Shown here piece after piece: positions 36,512 through 46,707 of a stretch of DNA of 64,000 nt. The stretch is from Candidatus Nitrospinota bacterium M3_3B_026 (GTDB lineage Bacteria; Nitrospinota_A; UBA7883; JBPRGF01), in NCBI GenBank assembly GCA_051418015.1, contig JBPRGF010000017.1:160001-224000 (forward strand). Reading direction: 5' to 3'. Position numbers and translations under genes: made by a program. Positions within the stretch are counted from its first letter, which is position 1, and the number at the start of each line of letters is the position of its first letter. The notes beneath the pieces are model-generated. The model ran no database searches and had not been told where the DNA came from. It saw nothing but the letters and a program-made list of their open reading frames with translations.

Positions 36512-37612
36512 TCATGCGGAATGCTCCGAAACGTTGGCCAAAAGCCCCACGCTCACAAGCCACATCACAAGCGCCGAGCCGCCAAGGCTTATGAAAGGCA
36601 GTGGCAGCCCCTTCGTCGGGGCCAGTCCCATGGCGACGGACATGTTTATGACCGCCTGCGCGGCCATGGCGAAGGTTATCCCCAGCGCGAGCAGTGAGCC
36701 GAAACGGTCCGGCGCGGCGAGCCCAGCGCGAAACCCTCTCCATGTAAGGGCGGCGAACAGGGCTATCACAATGAAGGCTCCGACGAAGCCGAGTTCTTCC
36801 CCGATGATGGAGAATATGAAGTCCGTGTGCGGCTCGGGCAGATAGAAAAGCTTCTGCGTCCCCGCGCCGAGCCCCGTCCCCCACAACCCTCCGTTCGAAA
36901 GCGCCACAAAGGACTGGATTATCTGGTAGCCGGAGTCGCTGGCGTCCCCCCAAGGATCCAGGAAGGACATGACCCTGCGCCTGCGGTAATCCACGCTGTA
37001 GACGGCGGCCCACAGTATCGGAAGCATGAAAAGAGCCGTCCCCAGAAGATACGAGAACCTTATTCCCGCCATGGTGAAAAGGAAAAAGGCGACAAGCCCG
37101 ATGATGAAGGCCGTCCCCAGGTCCGGCTGAAGCTGGACAAGAAAGAAGACAACCCCCAGGGCCACGAGGTTCGGCGCATAGCCGAACAAAAAGTCCTTCA
37201 GCTTTCCCTCGGCCTCTTTTTTGGCCAGCAGGGCCGCGAAGAATATCACCAGCGCCAGCTTGGCGAACTCCGACGGCTGGAAGGCGCCGAAGCCGAGGTC
37301 TATCCACCTCCTGGCGCCGTTCACGCTGTGGCCCACACCAGGCGAAAGCACCGCCAGCAGCGACAGGACCGCGCCGAAGTATATTATGTAGCCGTACCTG
37401 CTGAGGCTCCGGTAATCTATCCGCATGGCCGCAAACATCCCCGCGAGGCCCACGATCGTCCAGGCGGCCTGGCGTTTCAGAAAATAGTAGGTGTCGCCGA
37501 ACCTCTCCGCGGCCAGGATGGCGGAACTGGAGAATATCATCACTATGCCGACCGCGAGCAGGGCGACGGTGATGACGATTATCCAGTAGTCCGGACGCCT
37601 TTTTACCGGCAT
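36512..37612 (-). CDS. ftsW: SEDS peptidoglycan polymerase FtsW
   Basis: GARRW, QPSEFAK, LPEPHTDFIFS..GEELG, LPFISLGGS. Confidence 0.97.
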   Translation of the reverse strand: MPVKRRPDYWIIVITVALLAVGIVMIFSSSAILAAERFGDTYYFLKRQAAWTIVGLAGMFAAMRIDYRSLSRYGYIIYFGAVLSLLAVLSPGVGHSVNGARRWIDLGFGAFQPSEFAKLALVIFFAALLAKKEAEGKLKDFLFGYAPNLVALGVVFFLVQLQPDLGTAFIIGLVAFFLFTMAGIRFSYLLGTALFMLPILWAAVYSVDYRRRRVMSFLDPWGDASDSGYQIIQSFVALSNGGLWGTGLGAGTQKLFYLPEPHTDFIFSIIGEELGFVGAFIVIALFAALTWRGFRAGLAAPDRFGSLLALGITFAMAAQAVINMSVAMGLAPTKGLPLPFISLGGSALVMWLVSVGLLANVSEHSA

Positions 37613-39069
37613 TGCCCGCCCTCCATTTCTCCCCCTTCGCCGTATCTTCCCTTTTTCCCTTTCCTTTTTTTCGATCCGAAACGTTTGCGTTCGCGGGCGT
37701 TCCTCAATTTTCTAAGTTTTTCGCTCATCTCAAGAGAGCGGACGGCCGCCCCGAAAGCCTCGCCGCGCTGTTCGTAATTTTTGAACATGTCGAAGCTGGC
37801 GCACGCCGGGGAGAGCAGAATCGTGTCCCCCGGCGCGGCCATTTGCCGGGCCATTGCCACGGCCACCTCCATGTCCTTAGCGCGCCGGACCGGCTCGAAC
37901 CCGCCGAGCGCCTTTTCTATCCCCTGAGCCGTCGCGCCTATCAGGACTACGCCTTTGGCGTGTTTTCTCATGGCGGAAGCCAGTGGGCCAAAATCCGCCC
38001 CCTTGCTGGAGCCTCCGGCTATGAGAACGACGTCATTGTCAAAACCGGAAAGCGACTTCACCGTCGCGTCGACGTTCGTCCCCTTGGAGTCATTTATGAA
38101 AACTACGCCGTCCACCTCCGCGACGCGCTCCATCCTGTGGGGCAGGCCCTCGAACCCAGCGACGGCTTCTCTTATAGCGCCAGGCCCGGCGCCCGCCGCC
38201 AGCGCGGCCAGGGAGGCGGCCAGCGCGTTCTCCACGTTGCTCGGCCCTTTTATTCTCATTTCGCCGAGGGAGAAAAGATTGACTCTCTCCCCGTCGAACT
38301 CAGCCACGGCCATACCCTCCTCCACCCAGGCGCCTTCGCCTGTCATGGGATCGCGGCCAAAGCGCAGAATCCGCGCGCCTGTGGGCGGCATGATGTTTTT
38401 TAACAGTGGGGCGCCTGCGTTGAGGATCAGCGTGTCGCCTTCGCCCTGGTTTTCGTATATCCTGTTTTTGAGCGCGGCGTAGGCGGCCATTGTCCCGTGC
38501 CTGTCGATGTGATCCGGCGTGATGTTGAGTATCAACCCGATCCTGGGCCTGAAAGTCTTCACCCCCTCCAGCTGAAAGCTCGACACCTCCGCCACCACCC
38601 AGTCATAATCCCCGCCGGCCGCGTCGGCGAGCGGAGCGCCGATGTTGCCGCCGACGTAGGTTCTTTTGCCCGCCTTTTTCAGCATTTCACCGGTCAGCGC
38701 CGTGGTGGTGGATTTGCCGTTCGAGCCGGTCACGGCGATGATGGGGGCGGATATCAGCGTCGAGGAAAGCTCTATCTCCGAAACAAGCTCCACGCCCGCC
38801 TCCCGCAACGCCGATGGCAGCGGCGCGTCCCAGGGGACGCCGGGGCTTATCACGGCAAGGTCGTAGTCCAAAACCGGGACGCCTTCGTGACCGCCGAGGA
38901 ATTTTTTTGTTTTCTCGGGCAGGGCCGCGCAAAACTCGCCGAGGGACTCCTCGCTCCGCAGGTCGGTGACCGTGACATGGGCGCCCTGATCATCCAGCAG
39001 CCGCGCCGCGGAAAGGCCCGTCCTGGCGAGTCCTATGACCAGCGCTTTTCTGTTTTTGTAATCGGCCAC
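37603..39069 (-). CDS. murD: UDP-MurNAc-L-Ala-D-Glu ligase
   Basis: TGSNGKSTT, EVSSFQL, NDSKGTN, LLSPACASFD. Confidence 0.97.
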   Translation of the reverse strand: MADYKNRKALVIGLARTGLSAARLLDDQGAHVTVTDLRSEESLGEFCAALPEKTKKFLGGHEGVPVLDYDLAVISPGVPWDAPLPSALREAGVELVSEIELSSTLISAPIIAVTGSNGKSTTTALTGEMLKKAGKRTYVGGNIGAPLADAAGGDYDWVVAEVSSFQLEGVKTFRPRIGLILNITPDHIDRHGTMAAYAALKNRIYENQGEGDTLILNAGAPLLKNIMPPTGARILRFGRDPMTGEGAWVEEGMAVAEFDGERVNLFSLGEMRIKGPSNVENALAASLAALAAGAGPGAIREAVAGFEGLPHRMERVAEVDGVVFINDSKGTNVDATVKSLSGFDNDVVLIAGGSSKGADFGPLASAMRKHAKGVVLIGATAQGIEKALGGFEPVRRAKDMEVAVAMARQMAAPGDTILLSPACASFDMFKNYEQRGEAFGAAVRSLEMSEKLRKLRNARERKRFGSKKRKGKKGRYGEGGEMEGGQCR

Positions 39070-39075
39070 GGTCTT

Positions 39076-40158
39076 CTACCTCAGCTTCAGTGTGGAAAGC
39101 GAAAGCAGAGCCAGGATCACCGCCACGATCCAGAACCTGACTATGACCTGAGGCTCCGGCCATCCTAGCTGCTCGAAATGATGATGCAACGGCGCCATCT
39201 TGAAAGCGCGCCTGCCGGTGGCCTTGAACCACGCCACCTGGATGATCACCGACAGCGCCTCCACCACGAATATCCCCCCCACGATGACCAGGATGATCTC
39301 CTGCTTGCTCATCACCGCCACCGCGCCCAGCGCGCCGCCGAGGGCCGTGGAGCCGACGTTGCCCATGAAGATCATCGCGGGATAGCAGTTGTACCAGAGA
39401 AACCCCATGGACGCGCCCACCACCGCGGCGCAGAACACGGTCAGCTCGCCAAGCTCCACTATGTGCGGGATCATGAGGTATTCGGCGAACCTGGCGTGGC
39501 CGGTCACGTAGCATATGACAAGGTAGGCGCCGAAAGAGATGATGACCGGGCCTATGGCCAGCCCGTCGAGGCCATCGGTGAGGTTCACGGCGTTCGCCGC
39601 GCCGACGATCACCAGCATGGCGAAAGGGATGTAAAGGAGCCCGAGGTCCGGCTGTACATCCTTCAGAAACGGGACATGCACCTTCGTGACCTCCGGCGCG
39701 CCCGACTTCGCGGCGTATATGAGCATGACCACGGCGAAGGCGGCGGCGAACTGGAAGGCGAGCTTGGCCTTCCCGGAGACGCCGTGCCTTATTTTTTTCA
39801 GCTTGACGTAATCGTCGTAGAAGCCGATGGCCGCGAACAGGACGACGGACAGGAGAGCCGTCCATACATAGCCGTTCCAAAGGTCCGCCCAAAGCAGGGT
39901 GGGGATGAAGACGCATATCACTATCAGGAGGCCGCCCATCGTCGGCGTGCCCGCCTTGGGCAGGTGCGTCTTCGGACCGTCGTCGCGGATTATCTCCCCC
40001 ACCCGCATCCTCTTCAGCGCCCTTATGATCCACGGCCCAAGGACCATCGCCAGCGCGAGGGCGGTTATCACCGCATAGATGGAGCGGAAGGTTATGTAGC
40101 GGAAAACGTTCAGGACGGAGTACGTCTCGCTCAGCGGGTAGAGAAGATGGTACAGCAT
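39076..40158 (-). CDS. mraY: Phospho-MurNAc-pentapeptide translocase
   Basis: GTPTMGG, NAVNLTDGLDGL, MAPLHHHFE. Confidence 0.98.
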   Translation of the reverse strand: MLYHLLYPLSETYSVLNVFRYITFRSIYAVITALALAMVLGPWIIRALKRMRVGEIIRDDGPKTHLPKAGTPTMGGLLIVICVFIPTLLWADLWNGYVWTALLSVVLFAAIGFYDDYVKLKKIRHGVSGKAKLAFQFAAAFAVVMLIYAAKSGAPEVTKVHVPFLKDVQPDLGLLYIPFAMLVIVGAANAVNLTDGLDGLAIGPVIISFGAYLVICYVTGHARFAEYLMIPHIVELGELTVFCAAVVGASMGFLWYNCYPAMIFMGNVGSTALGGALGAVAVMSKQEIILVIVGGIFVVEALSVIIQVAWFKATGRRAFKMAPLHHHFEQLGWPEPQVIVRFWIVAVILALLSLSTLKLR

Positions 40159-40159
40159 G

Positions 40160-41554
40160 TCAGCGCCCTCCCGTTATCCCGGCGAGGATTTCCACGACCC
40201 TTTCCATCTCCATCCCCCTGGAGCCCTTCACCAGCACGATATCCCCGGGCTTTAGCGCCGCGGCGATGGAGCGCGCTATGGCGTGGGCGGATTTTGAGTT
40301 TTTCGTCCGCAACCCCTTCCGCCTGGCCTCGCCCGCCGTCAGGGACGCAAGTTTTCCGAGCGCGTAAACGTAATCAACCCCCGCCTCCGCGGCGAGCCTG
40401 CCAATTCTCCTGTGCGCCGTCTCGGCCCTGCGCCCAAGCTCCAGCATGTCGCCGAAAACGAATATCTTCCTGCCCCTGTCAAGCTCCGCGAGGGTTTTCA
40501 GGGCCGCTTCGGTGGACGCGGGGTTGGCGTTGTAGGAGTCGTTTATCACCAGCGCGCCGTTTCCCAGGCGGACCGGCTCCATCCGCATGGAGGCTGGCTT
40601 CACCCTGGCTATCCGCCCGGCCGCGCGCTCCGGGCCGACCCCCGCAAGCGACGCCGCGGCGAGGGCGGCGAGGGCGTTCTCCACGCTTTTCGCTCCCATG
40701 AGGGGCACGCGCGCCAGCGTCTCCCTCCCCTTGTGGTAGATCGCGGCGTAATGGCCGAGGCCGCCGTTGGCCCACGTGTCGACAAGAGACATGTCCGCGC
40801 AGGGGCTCCTTCCGAAGGTGACCGTTTTTCTCAGCCGCTGGCGCGCCTTCTCGATGATCGGGCGGCTGTTGGGGTCATCGGCGTTCAGGACGGCGGCGGC
40901 GCTTTTCGGCATGGCGTCTATCATCTCCGCCTTCGCCTCCCCCACGGCGGCCAGGGAGCGGAAGGCGCCTATATGGGCCGGGCCGACGTTGGTAATCACG
41001 CCAATGGAGGGCCTGGCTATTCCCGTGAGGCGTCCTATCTCCCCCGGCGCGTTCATCCCCATCTCCAGGACGGCGGCCTCGCTGCGCTCCGAGAGACGCA
41101 GGAGCGTCAACGGAAGGCCGATATGGTTGTTGAGGTTTCCCTCCGTCTTGAGCGTTCTGTACGCGCCGGAAATGGCGCGCGCGATCATCTCCTTGACGGT
41201 GGTCTTGCCGTTGGAGCCGGTGACGGCTATGACCTTCAGCCTCCTGAAGCGCCGGCGGTGGCTCGCGGCGAGGTCCTGAAGGGCGCGGATGGTCTCCTCC
41301 ACGACAATCACGGTCTTTCCGGCCAGGGACATGGCCAGGGCAGGCTCGCTGACAAGGGCGGCGGCGGCGCCTTTCTGAAAAGCCTCCCGAACGAACTCGT
41401 GGCCGTCGAAGCGGCTTCCTTTTATCGCCACGAAGAGTGAGCCGCGGCGGACCTTTCGCGAGTCTATCACCACGCCGCGCGTCGCCCGGCCCGAGCCCCT
41501 GATGAGGCGGCCGCCGGTGGCGGCGGCGATTTCCTCGACGCTAAACCCGGCCAT
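40160..41554 (-). CDS. murF: UDP-MurNAc-tripeptide-D-Ala-D-Ala ligase
   Basis: TGSNGKTT, NNHIGLP, DSYNANP, VKGSRG. Confidence 0.97.
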   Translation of the reverse strand: MAGFSVEEIAAATGGRLIRGSGRATRGVVIDSRKVRRGSLFVAIKGSRFDGHEFVREAFQKGAAAALVSEPALAMSLAGKTVIVVEETIRALQDLAASHRRRFRRLKVIAVTGSNGKTTVKEMIARAISGAYRTLKTEGNLNNHIGLPLTLLRLSERSEAAVLEMGMNAPGEIGRLTGIARPSIGVITNVGPAHIGAFRSLAAVGEAKAEMIDAMPKSAAAVLNADDPNSRPIIEKARQRLRKTVTFGRSPCADMSLVDTWANGGLGHYAAIYHKGRETLARVPLMGAKSVENALAALAAASLAGVGPERAAGRIARVKPASMRMEPVRLGNGALVINDSYNANPASTEAALKTLAELDRGRKIFVFGDMLELGRRAETAHRRIGRLAAEAGVDYVYALGKLASLTAGEARRKGLRTKNSKSAHAIARSIAAALKPGDIVLVKGSRGMEMERVVEILAGITGGR

Positions 41555-43022
41555 AAATCTCCCTGACCGCCTCGGCGGCCTCTTCCCTGTCGTCGAAGTG
41601 TCTCTTCTCGGTTCCCACTATCTGGTAGTCCTCGTGCCCTTTCCCGGCTATCAGCACGAGATCGCCCGGCCCGGCCAGCCCGACGGCGGCGCGGATGGCC
41701 TCGCGCCTGTCCACCATGACTTTCAACTGTCCGACGGGGTTGTCTTCTTTCCTGATTCCGTCCACGATATCGCCGATGATCGCCTCGGGGTCCTCCGTCC
41801 TGGGGTTGTCGGAGGTGACAATCACCACGTCCGACGAGGCCCAGGCCGCCGTCCCCATCAGGCGGCGCTTGGCCCTGTCCCTGTCGCCGCCGCAGCCGAA
41901 AACCGTTATGACCTTTCCCTCCGCGAGGCCGCGGGCCGTCGCAAGGACATTGGCGAGGGCGTCGTCCGTGTGGGCGTAGTCGACTATCACCGTGAAAGGC
42001 TGGCCGAGGCTCACGGGCTCGAACCTTCCCGGTACCGCGGCGAGATCCTCCACCCCCTTCGCCACGACCTCCGGGCTCGCGCCCTCCGGCAGCGTGGCGC
42101 CGATGGCGGCTAGGATGTTGTACACGTTGTGTTTTCCCGTGAGCCTGGAGCGGACGGGGATGGGGCCGAAGGGGGTCTTCACCTTCATGGATATCCCCCC
42201 CGCCTGGATGGAGACGCCCTCGGCGGTGATTTCGGCTGCCTCCCGGACGCCGTAGGTTATTATGTTCGCGGCGGTCATGGTGATGAGCCTGGAGGCCCAG
42301 AGGTCGTCCATGTTCACCACGGCGTTCTCCGGCCCGCTCTCCATGAACAGCCTCGCCTTGGCGGCGAAATAGTCTTCCATGGTGTGGTGGTAGTCCAGGT
42401 GGTCCTGGGTCAGGTTCGTGAAAATGGCGGCGCGGAACCTCATCATGTCCACCCGGTGTTGCGTCAGGGCGTGGGAGGAGACCTCCAGCGCCAGGTACTC
42501 ACCCCTCCTGTCCACAAGATCCTTTGTCATCCGCTGAAGATCCAGCGACTCCGGCGTGGTGGTAATCGCCTCCAGCCTCTCGCCCAGCAACTCGTAGCCT
42601 GTCGTTCCGATCCTGCCCACGCGCCTGCCGTCGGCTTTCAGGATCGACTCGACGAGGTATGAGACGGTGGTCTTGCCGTTGGTACCGGTCACTCCCATCA
42701 CGCGGAGCTTTTCGGAGGGCGAGTCGTAGAAATAGTCCGACACCCTGGCCAGGGCCTCCCGCGAGTCCGGCACCAGGACGAGGGTGACCTTCCTTGGCAG
42801 CCTGAGGCCGGGGTCGCGTTCGGCTATCACCGTGGTGGCGCCCCTTTTCACGGCGTCGAGGATATAGTCGTGCCCGTCCATCCTGGCGCCACGTACGGCC
42901 ACGAAGACTCCGCCATTTTTCGCCATGCGGGAGTCGTAGCAGACATCGGCGATGCTCCCCGGCTCCGCCCCGGTGATCTTTAGCGTTTTCATTTTCCTTA
43001 AAATCTCCTCAGCTGATTTCAT
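41541..43022 (-). CDS. murE: UDP-MurNAc-dipeptide-DAP ligase
   Basis: TGTNGKTT, DYAHT, GCGGDRD, DNPR (meso-DAP type), AGKGHE; start uncertain (43022 or 42993). Confidence 0.96.
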   Translation of the reverse strand: MKSAEEILRKMKTLKITGAEPGSIADVCYDSRMAKNGGVFVAVRGARMDGHDYILDAVKRGATTVIAERDPGLRLPRKVTLVLVPDSREALARVSDYFYDSPSEKLRVMGVTGTNGKTTVSYLVESILKADGRRVGRIGTTGYELLGERLEAITTTPESLDLQRMTKDLVDRRGEYLALEVSSHALTQHRVDMMRFRAAIFTNLTQDHLDYHHTMEDYFAAKARLFMESGPENAVVNMDDLWASRLITMTAANIITYGVREAAEITAEGVSIQAGGISMKVKTPFGPIPVRSRLTGKHNVYNILAAIGATLPEGASPEVVAKGVEDLAAVPGRFEPVSLGQPFTVIVDYAHTDDALANVLATARGLAEGKVITVFGCGGDRDRAKRRLMGTAAWASSDVVIVTSDNPRTEDPEAIIGDIVDGIRKEDNPVGQLKVMVDRREAIRAAVGLAGPGDLVLIAGKGHEDYQIVGTEKRHFDDREEAAEAVREIYGRV

Positions 43023-44874
43023 CCCGGTCCCGCTCCCCGGCGGCGCCGGTCGCCCCGGTTTCATCCGGCCTCATACCGTCTTTTCGCGTCAACTTTCCCC
43101 AGTCGATCTGGTACACATCCGTTTTCGCGGAGGGTATTCTCAGTATCCTGGCCGCGCGGGCGGCGATCTCCGAGAAGACGGGACCCGCCACGGCCCCCCC
43201 CCAAGCCACTCCCTCCGGCTCGTCGATCATCACAAGGATGGCGAGTCTCGGCTCCTCCGCGGGGAAAAAACCAGCGAAGGAGGAGAGAAACTTGGTTCTG
43301 GAGTAAGTCCTGGTGTGGGGATCGGTCTTCTGGGCGGTACCTGTCTTGCCGGCCACGGTGAAGCCGGGGACGGTGGCCCGCTTGCCGGTTCCGTTCTCTA
43401 CTACTTCTATCATCATATCTTTTATCTTCCGCGCTGTCGAGGCGGAAACCACCCTGCGCCTGATCTCAGGCTCGACCTCCCTGACGACATGGCCGTCGCG
43501 GGCGAAATACCTGACGACATGGGGCCGGACGAGGAGACCCCCGTTGGCGAAGACGCACATCCCGGTTATGAGCTGGATCGGCGTCACGGCGACCTCCTGG
43601 CCGAAGGATATCGACGGCAGCGACGTGAGCGACCATTCGGACACGGGACGCAGAAGGCCCGGGCTCTCCCCCGGCAGATCCACGCCCATCTTCGAGCTGA
43701 AGCCGAAACTTTCAAGCCTTTTTCTCAAGACCTCCGGACCCATGCGCTCGGCGAGTTTTATCGCTCCTATGTTGCTGGACTTCGCTATGACATCGGCGAG
43801 GGGGAGAAGGCCGTAGCGGTGGTAGTTGGCCTCGTTAAAGTAATGGCCGCCCACCATGTACCTGCCATCCTCACAGTCGATGACATCGTTCACGTCCGTC
43901 ACACCCTCCTCAAGGGCGGCGGCGGCGACGAATATCTTGAACGTGGAGCCGGGCTCCCAAGCCTCGGAAACGGCCATGAGCCTGCGCCTTTTCGCATCGT
44001 ACCTGGCGAAGTTGTTCGGGTTGAACTCCGGCTGTTCCGCAATCGCCAGGATCCGCCCCGTGGCGGGACTCATCACTATGGCGACCCCGCTCGCGGCGCC
44101 AAGCTCGTTAACTCTGCGCTCAAGCGCCTTCTCCGCTATGTACTGGATCCTTTCGTCGATGGTCAGGACCAGGTCGTAGGGAGCCGACTCCTCCACCACG
44201 TCCAGAGCGTCCGGCATGGAAAGCGGCCTGCCCAGCGCGTCCTTGAGCACGGTGAAGCGCCCCTTGACGGGACGGATGACCTCGTCGTAGCGGTACTCCA
44301 GGCCGGACAGGCCCTGGTTGTCTATGCCGCAAAAACCCACTATCTTCGCGGCGATATCCCGCTTCGGGTAAAACCTTTTCGACTCTTTCACAAACCCCAC
44401 CCCCGGGATGTCCGCGGCCTTGATCCTGTCTTTGACGGCGGGGGGGACCTTGCGGCGGACCCATACGAAGCTTCTGTCCCGCCGCCTGGTTATGGACCTT
44501 TTAAGTTTTCTATAGACCCTCGCCCTGGTGGAGGGGTTTTCCGGCTCCAGGAGCGCGGCCAGCTTCCGCGCGGCGGCGGCGGGGTTCGGCGTCTTTACCG
44601 GGTTGATATACACCGAGGGCATGTCCACGGAGACGGCTAACTGGCGCATGTTGCGGTCGTATATCTGCCCGCGGGGCAGGCTGATCCTGACGGAGCCGCG
44701 GCTCTGCCTCTCCGAATACCTTTCCACCTTTTCGTCGCTGAACATCATAAGCTGAGCCAGCCTCGCCACGAGAACCACGTAAGCCATCCCCAGGACGACG
44801 CCCATGATGACGACCTTGAGCCTCGCCGGTCCGGCGCTGGGCCTGTCCGCCTTTTCTCTCTTATTCTTTCGCAA
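43009..44874 (-). CDS. ftsI: Class B penicillin-binding protein
   Basis: RGQIYDRN, EPGSTFK, SSN, GKTGT. Confidence 0.95.
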   Translation of the reverse strand: MRKNKREKADRPSAGPARLKVVIMGVVLGMAYVVLVARLAQLMMFSDEKVERYSERQSRGSVRISLPRGQIYDRNMRQLAVSVDMPSVYINPVKTPNPAAAARKLAALLEPENPSTRARVYRKLKRSITRRRDRSFVWVRRKVPPAVKDRIKAADIPGVGFVKESKRFYPKRDIAAKIVGFCGIDNQGLSGLEYRYDEVIRPVKGRFTVLKDALGRPLSMPDALDVVEESAPYDLVLTIDERIQYIAEKALERRVNELGAASGVAIVMSPATGRILAIAEQPEFNPNNFARYDAKRRRLMAVSEAWEPGSTFKIFVAAAALEEGVTDVNDVIDCEDGRYMVGGHYFNEANYHRYGLLPLADVIAKSSNIGAIKLAERMGPEVLRKRLESFGFSSKMGVDLPGESPGLLRPVSEWSLTSLPSISFGQEVAVTPIQLITGMCVFANGGLLVRPHVVRYFARDGHVVREVEPEIRRRVVSASTARKIKDMMIEVVENGTGKRATVPGFTVAGKTGTAQKTDPHTRTYSRTKFLSSFAGFFPAEEPRLAILVMIDEPEGVAWGGAVAGPVFSEIAARAARILRIPSAKTDVYQIDWGKLTRKDGMRPDETGATGAAGERDRDEIS

Positions 44875-45166
44875 CGATTACCACCTGATCCGGCGCCGGG
44901 AACACGAACCCCAGTTCCTCCACCGCCGTTTTTTCTATGAAGTCGTACGAACGCAGGGCCGATATCTCGAGCTTGAGCTTTTTGTTCAGCTCCTTGAGTT
45001 CGGACAGGGTTTTCAGCTTTTCCGAGTACTCGTACATGAGGGACATGGCGCGTATGGAAGGGTATATGTACACCAACATGCTCGAAAGCACGAGGACCAC
45101 CACCACGGTATAGACCGCGACGGTCCTGGGCTGAAAACCCGCCTTTTCCCTTCCGAAAGTGAACAT
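44861..45166 (-). CDS. ftsL: Cell division protein FtsL
   Basis: TM helix + leucine-zipper coiled coil + IEK.A..ELG; between rsmH and ftsI. Confidence 0.8.
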   Translation of the reverse strand: MFTFGREKAGFQPRTVAVYTVVVVLVLSSMLVYIYPSIRAMSLMYEYSEKLKTLSELKELNKKLKLEISALRSYDFIEKTAVEELGFVFPAPDQVVIVAKE

Positions 45167-45196
45167 CGGCCTCTCCTGCGCAGTGTAAACCCCGGG

Positions 45197-46138
45197 TCAA
45201 GCCGCCAGCCTCTCCGCCGCGCGCAGCTTCGCCGAGCGCGACCGCGGGTTCTCCGACACCTCTTTTTCGCCGGGTCTCAGCGGCTTTTTTGTCAGGAGCC
45301 TAAGCTTGCCCGGCCTGCCGCACACGCATTTCGGCAACTCCTTTGGGCAGACGCACCGCCTCGTGAGCCCGGCGAAGGTCTGCTTGACCTTCCTGTCCTC
45401 CAGGCTGTGAAACGAGATAACGACTATCCTGCCTCCGGGGCTGAGCCTTTCCACTCCTTCCAGAATTCCCCTCTCCAGCATCCCCAACTCGTCGTTCACC
45501 GCCATCCGCAAAGCCTGGAAAACGCGGGTGGCGGGGTGGATCCTCCGCGGCCCGCCGGGGGCCCCGGCCGCCTTCTCCACTATCCGCGCGAGCCTCAGGG
45601 TGTCCTCTATCGGCGCTTTCCGGCGCTCTCTTGCTATGGCCCAGGCTATCCTGCGCGCCTTGCGCTCTTCGCCGTATTTTCTGAATATGGAGGCGAGTTC
45701 GCGTTCGTCCGCGGCGTTGACTATATCCGCGGCGGTGAGCTTCCGCCGCCGGTCCATGCGCATGTCCAGAGGCCCGGCGAGCCGGAACGAAAACCCTCTC
45801 TCGGCCTCGTCCAGATGGTACGAAGATACCCCAAGGTCCATAACGATCGCGTCCGCCTTTTCCATGCCCAGCCGATCCAGGACGTCTCCAAGCCGGTCGA
45901 AACTCGCTTTCACGACCCTGGCGCGCCGCCCGAACCTGGCGAGCCGCGCGCGCGCGCGATCGGCCGCTTCCTCGTCACGGTCAATCCCTACCAGCAGTTC
46001 CACCCCCGGGACCCTCTCCAGGATCGCCTCGGAATGTCCTCCGCCGCCCGCGGTGGCGTCCACCACCACCCGCGCGCCGGGATGGGCCACGAAGGAGAGT
46101 ACCTCCCCGAGCATGACGGGGGCGTGCTGTGAAGTCAG
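45197..46138 (-). CDS. rsmH: 16S rRNA m4C1402 methyltransferase
   Basis: HAPVM, DATAGGGGHS, DLGVSS, LDMRMD, FHSLEDR, NPRSRSAKLR; start placed upstream of ATG 46114. Confidence 0.96.
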   Translation of the reverse strand: MTSQHAPVMLGEVLSFVAHPGARVVVDATAGGGGHSEAILERVPGVELLVGIDRDEEAADRARARLARFGRRARVVKASFDRLGDVLDRLGMEKADAIVMDLGVSSYHLDEAERGFSFRLAGPLDMRMDRRRKLTAADIVNAADERELASIFRKYGEERKARRIAWAIARERRKAPIEDTLRLARIVEKAAGAPGGPRRIHPATRVFQALRMAVNDELGMLERGILEGVERLSPGGRIVVISFHSLEDRKVKQTFAGLTRRCVCPKELPKCVCGRPGKLRLLTKKPLRPGEKEVSENPRSRSAKLRAAERLAA

Positions 46139-46205
46139 GCGTCTATCTCCATCGGCGCGGACAATGAAAAGAACCTCCCTGTCTGCTGAAAAAATTCCGA
46201 ACGTG

Positions 46206-46634
46206 TCAAAAACCGAGTTCCCGCAGCCTCTTCGAAAGGTCCTCCGGGCTCAACACGGCGGTCTTCCGCTTGTGGCGCTCGGCGGACCATATCTCGATCT
46301 TTTTTATCCTCCCGACGATCACGGCCTCGCGTCCTATCCCAGCGTAGCCGCGCAGCCTGGCGGGGATGAGTATCCTCCCGTTCTTGAGGGGAACCTCCTC
46401 GGCGTTCTCCGTGATGGCCCTTAAAAGGTCTCCCTTCTCGGGGTCGTAAGGGCCGGCCTCCAGGGCCTCGTATTTCTCCAACCACTGCTTCGCCGGGTAG
46501 GCGGCCAGGCAGTTGTCGGAAACCGTGACTATCAGCGGCTCCCCGTATACGTGAGCGAGGACATCGCGGATTTTCGCCGGAAGATGTATCCTCCCCTTCG
46601 GGTCCACGCTGACGTCGTATCGCCCTATAAACAT
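46206..46634 (-). CDS. mraZ: Transcriptional regulator MraZ
   Basis: MFIG..DPKGRI.LP, GRILIP, IEIW. Confidence 0.93.
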   Translation of the reverse strand: MFIGRYDVSVDPKGRIHLPAKIRDVLAHVYGEPLIVTVSDNCLAAYPAKQWLEKYEALEAGPYDPEKGDLLRAITENAEEVPLKNGRILIPARLRGYAGIGREAVIVGRIKKIEIWSAERHKRKTAVLSPEDLSKRLRELGF

Positions 46635-46646
46635 GCCCGCCTTTTG

Positions 46647-46707
46647 ACACTTTTATACACTTTATGACACAAGTTAAATCGTATCCAACTAAGCCCATAT
46701 CTGTCAA
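46647..46707 (-). promoter_or_regulatory. dcw promoter and three MraZ boxes
   Basis: TTGACA-18nt-TACGAT (46707-46678), followed by three GTGT repeats at 10-bp period (GTGTCATAAAGTGTATAAAAGTGT). Confidence 0.65.

Noticed and set aside
42952..44640. 562-aa + strand ORF and similar long ORFs opposite dcw genes
   Set aside because: Antisense shadows of well-conserved genes such as ftsI, murC and mraY.
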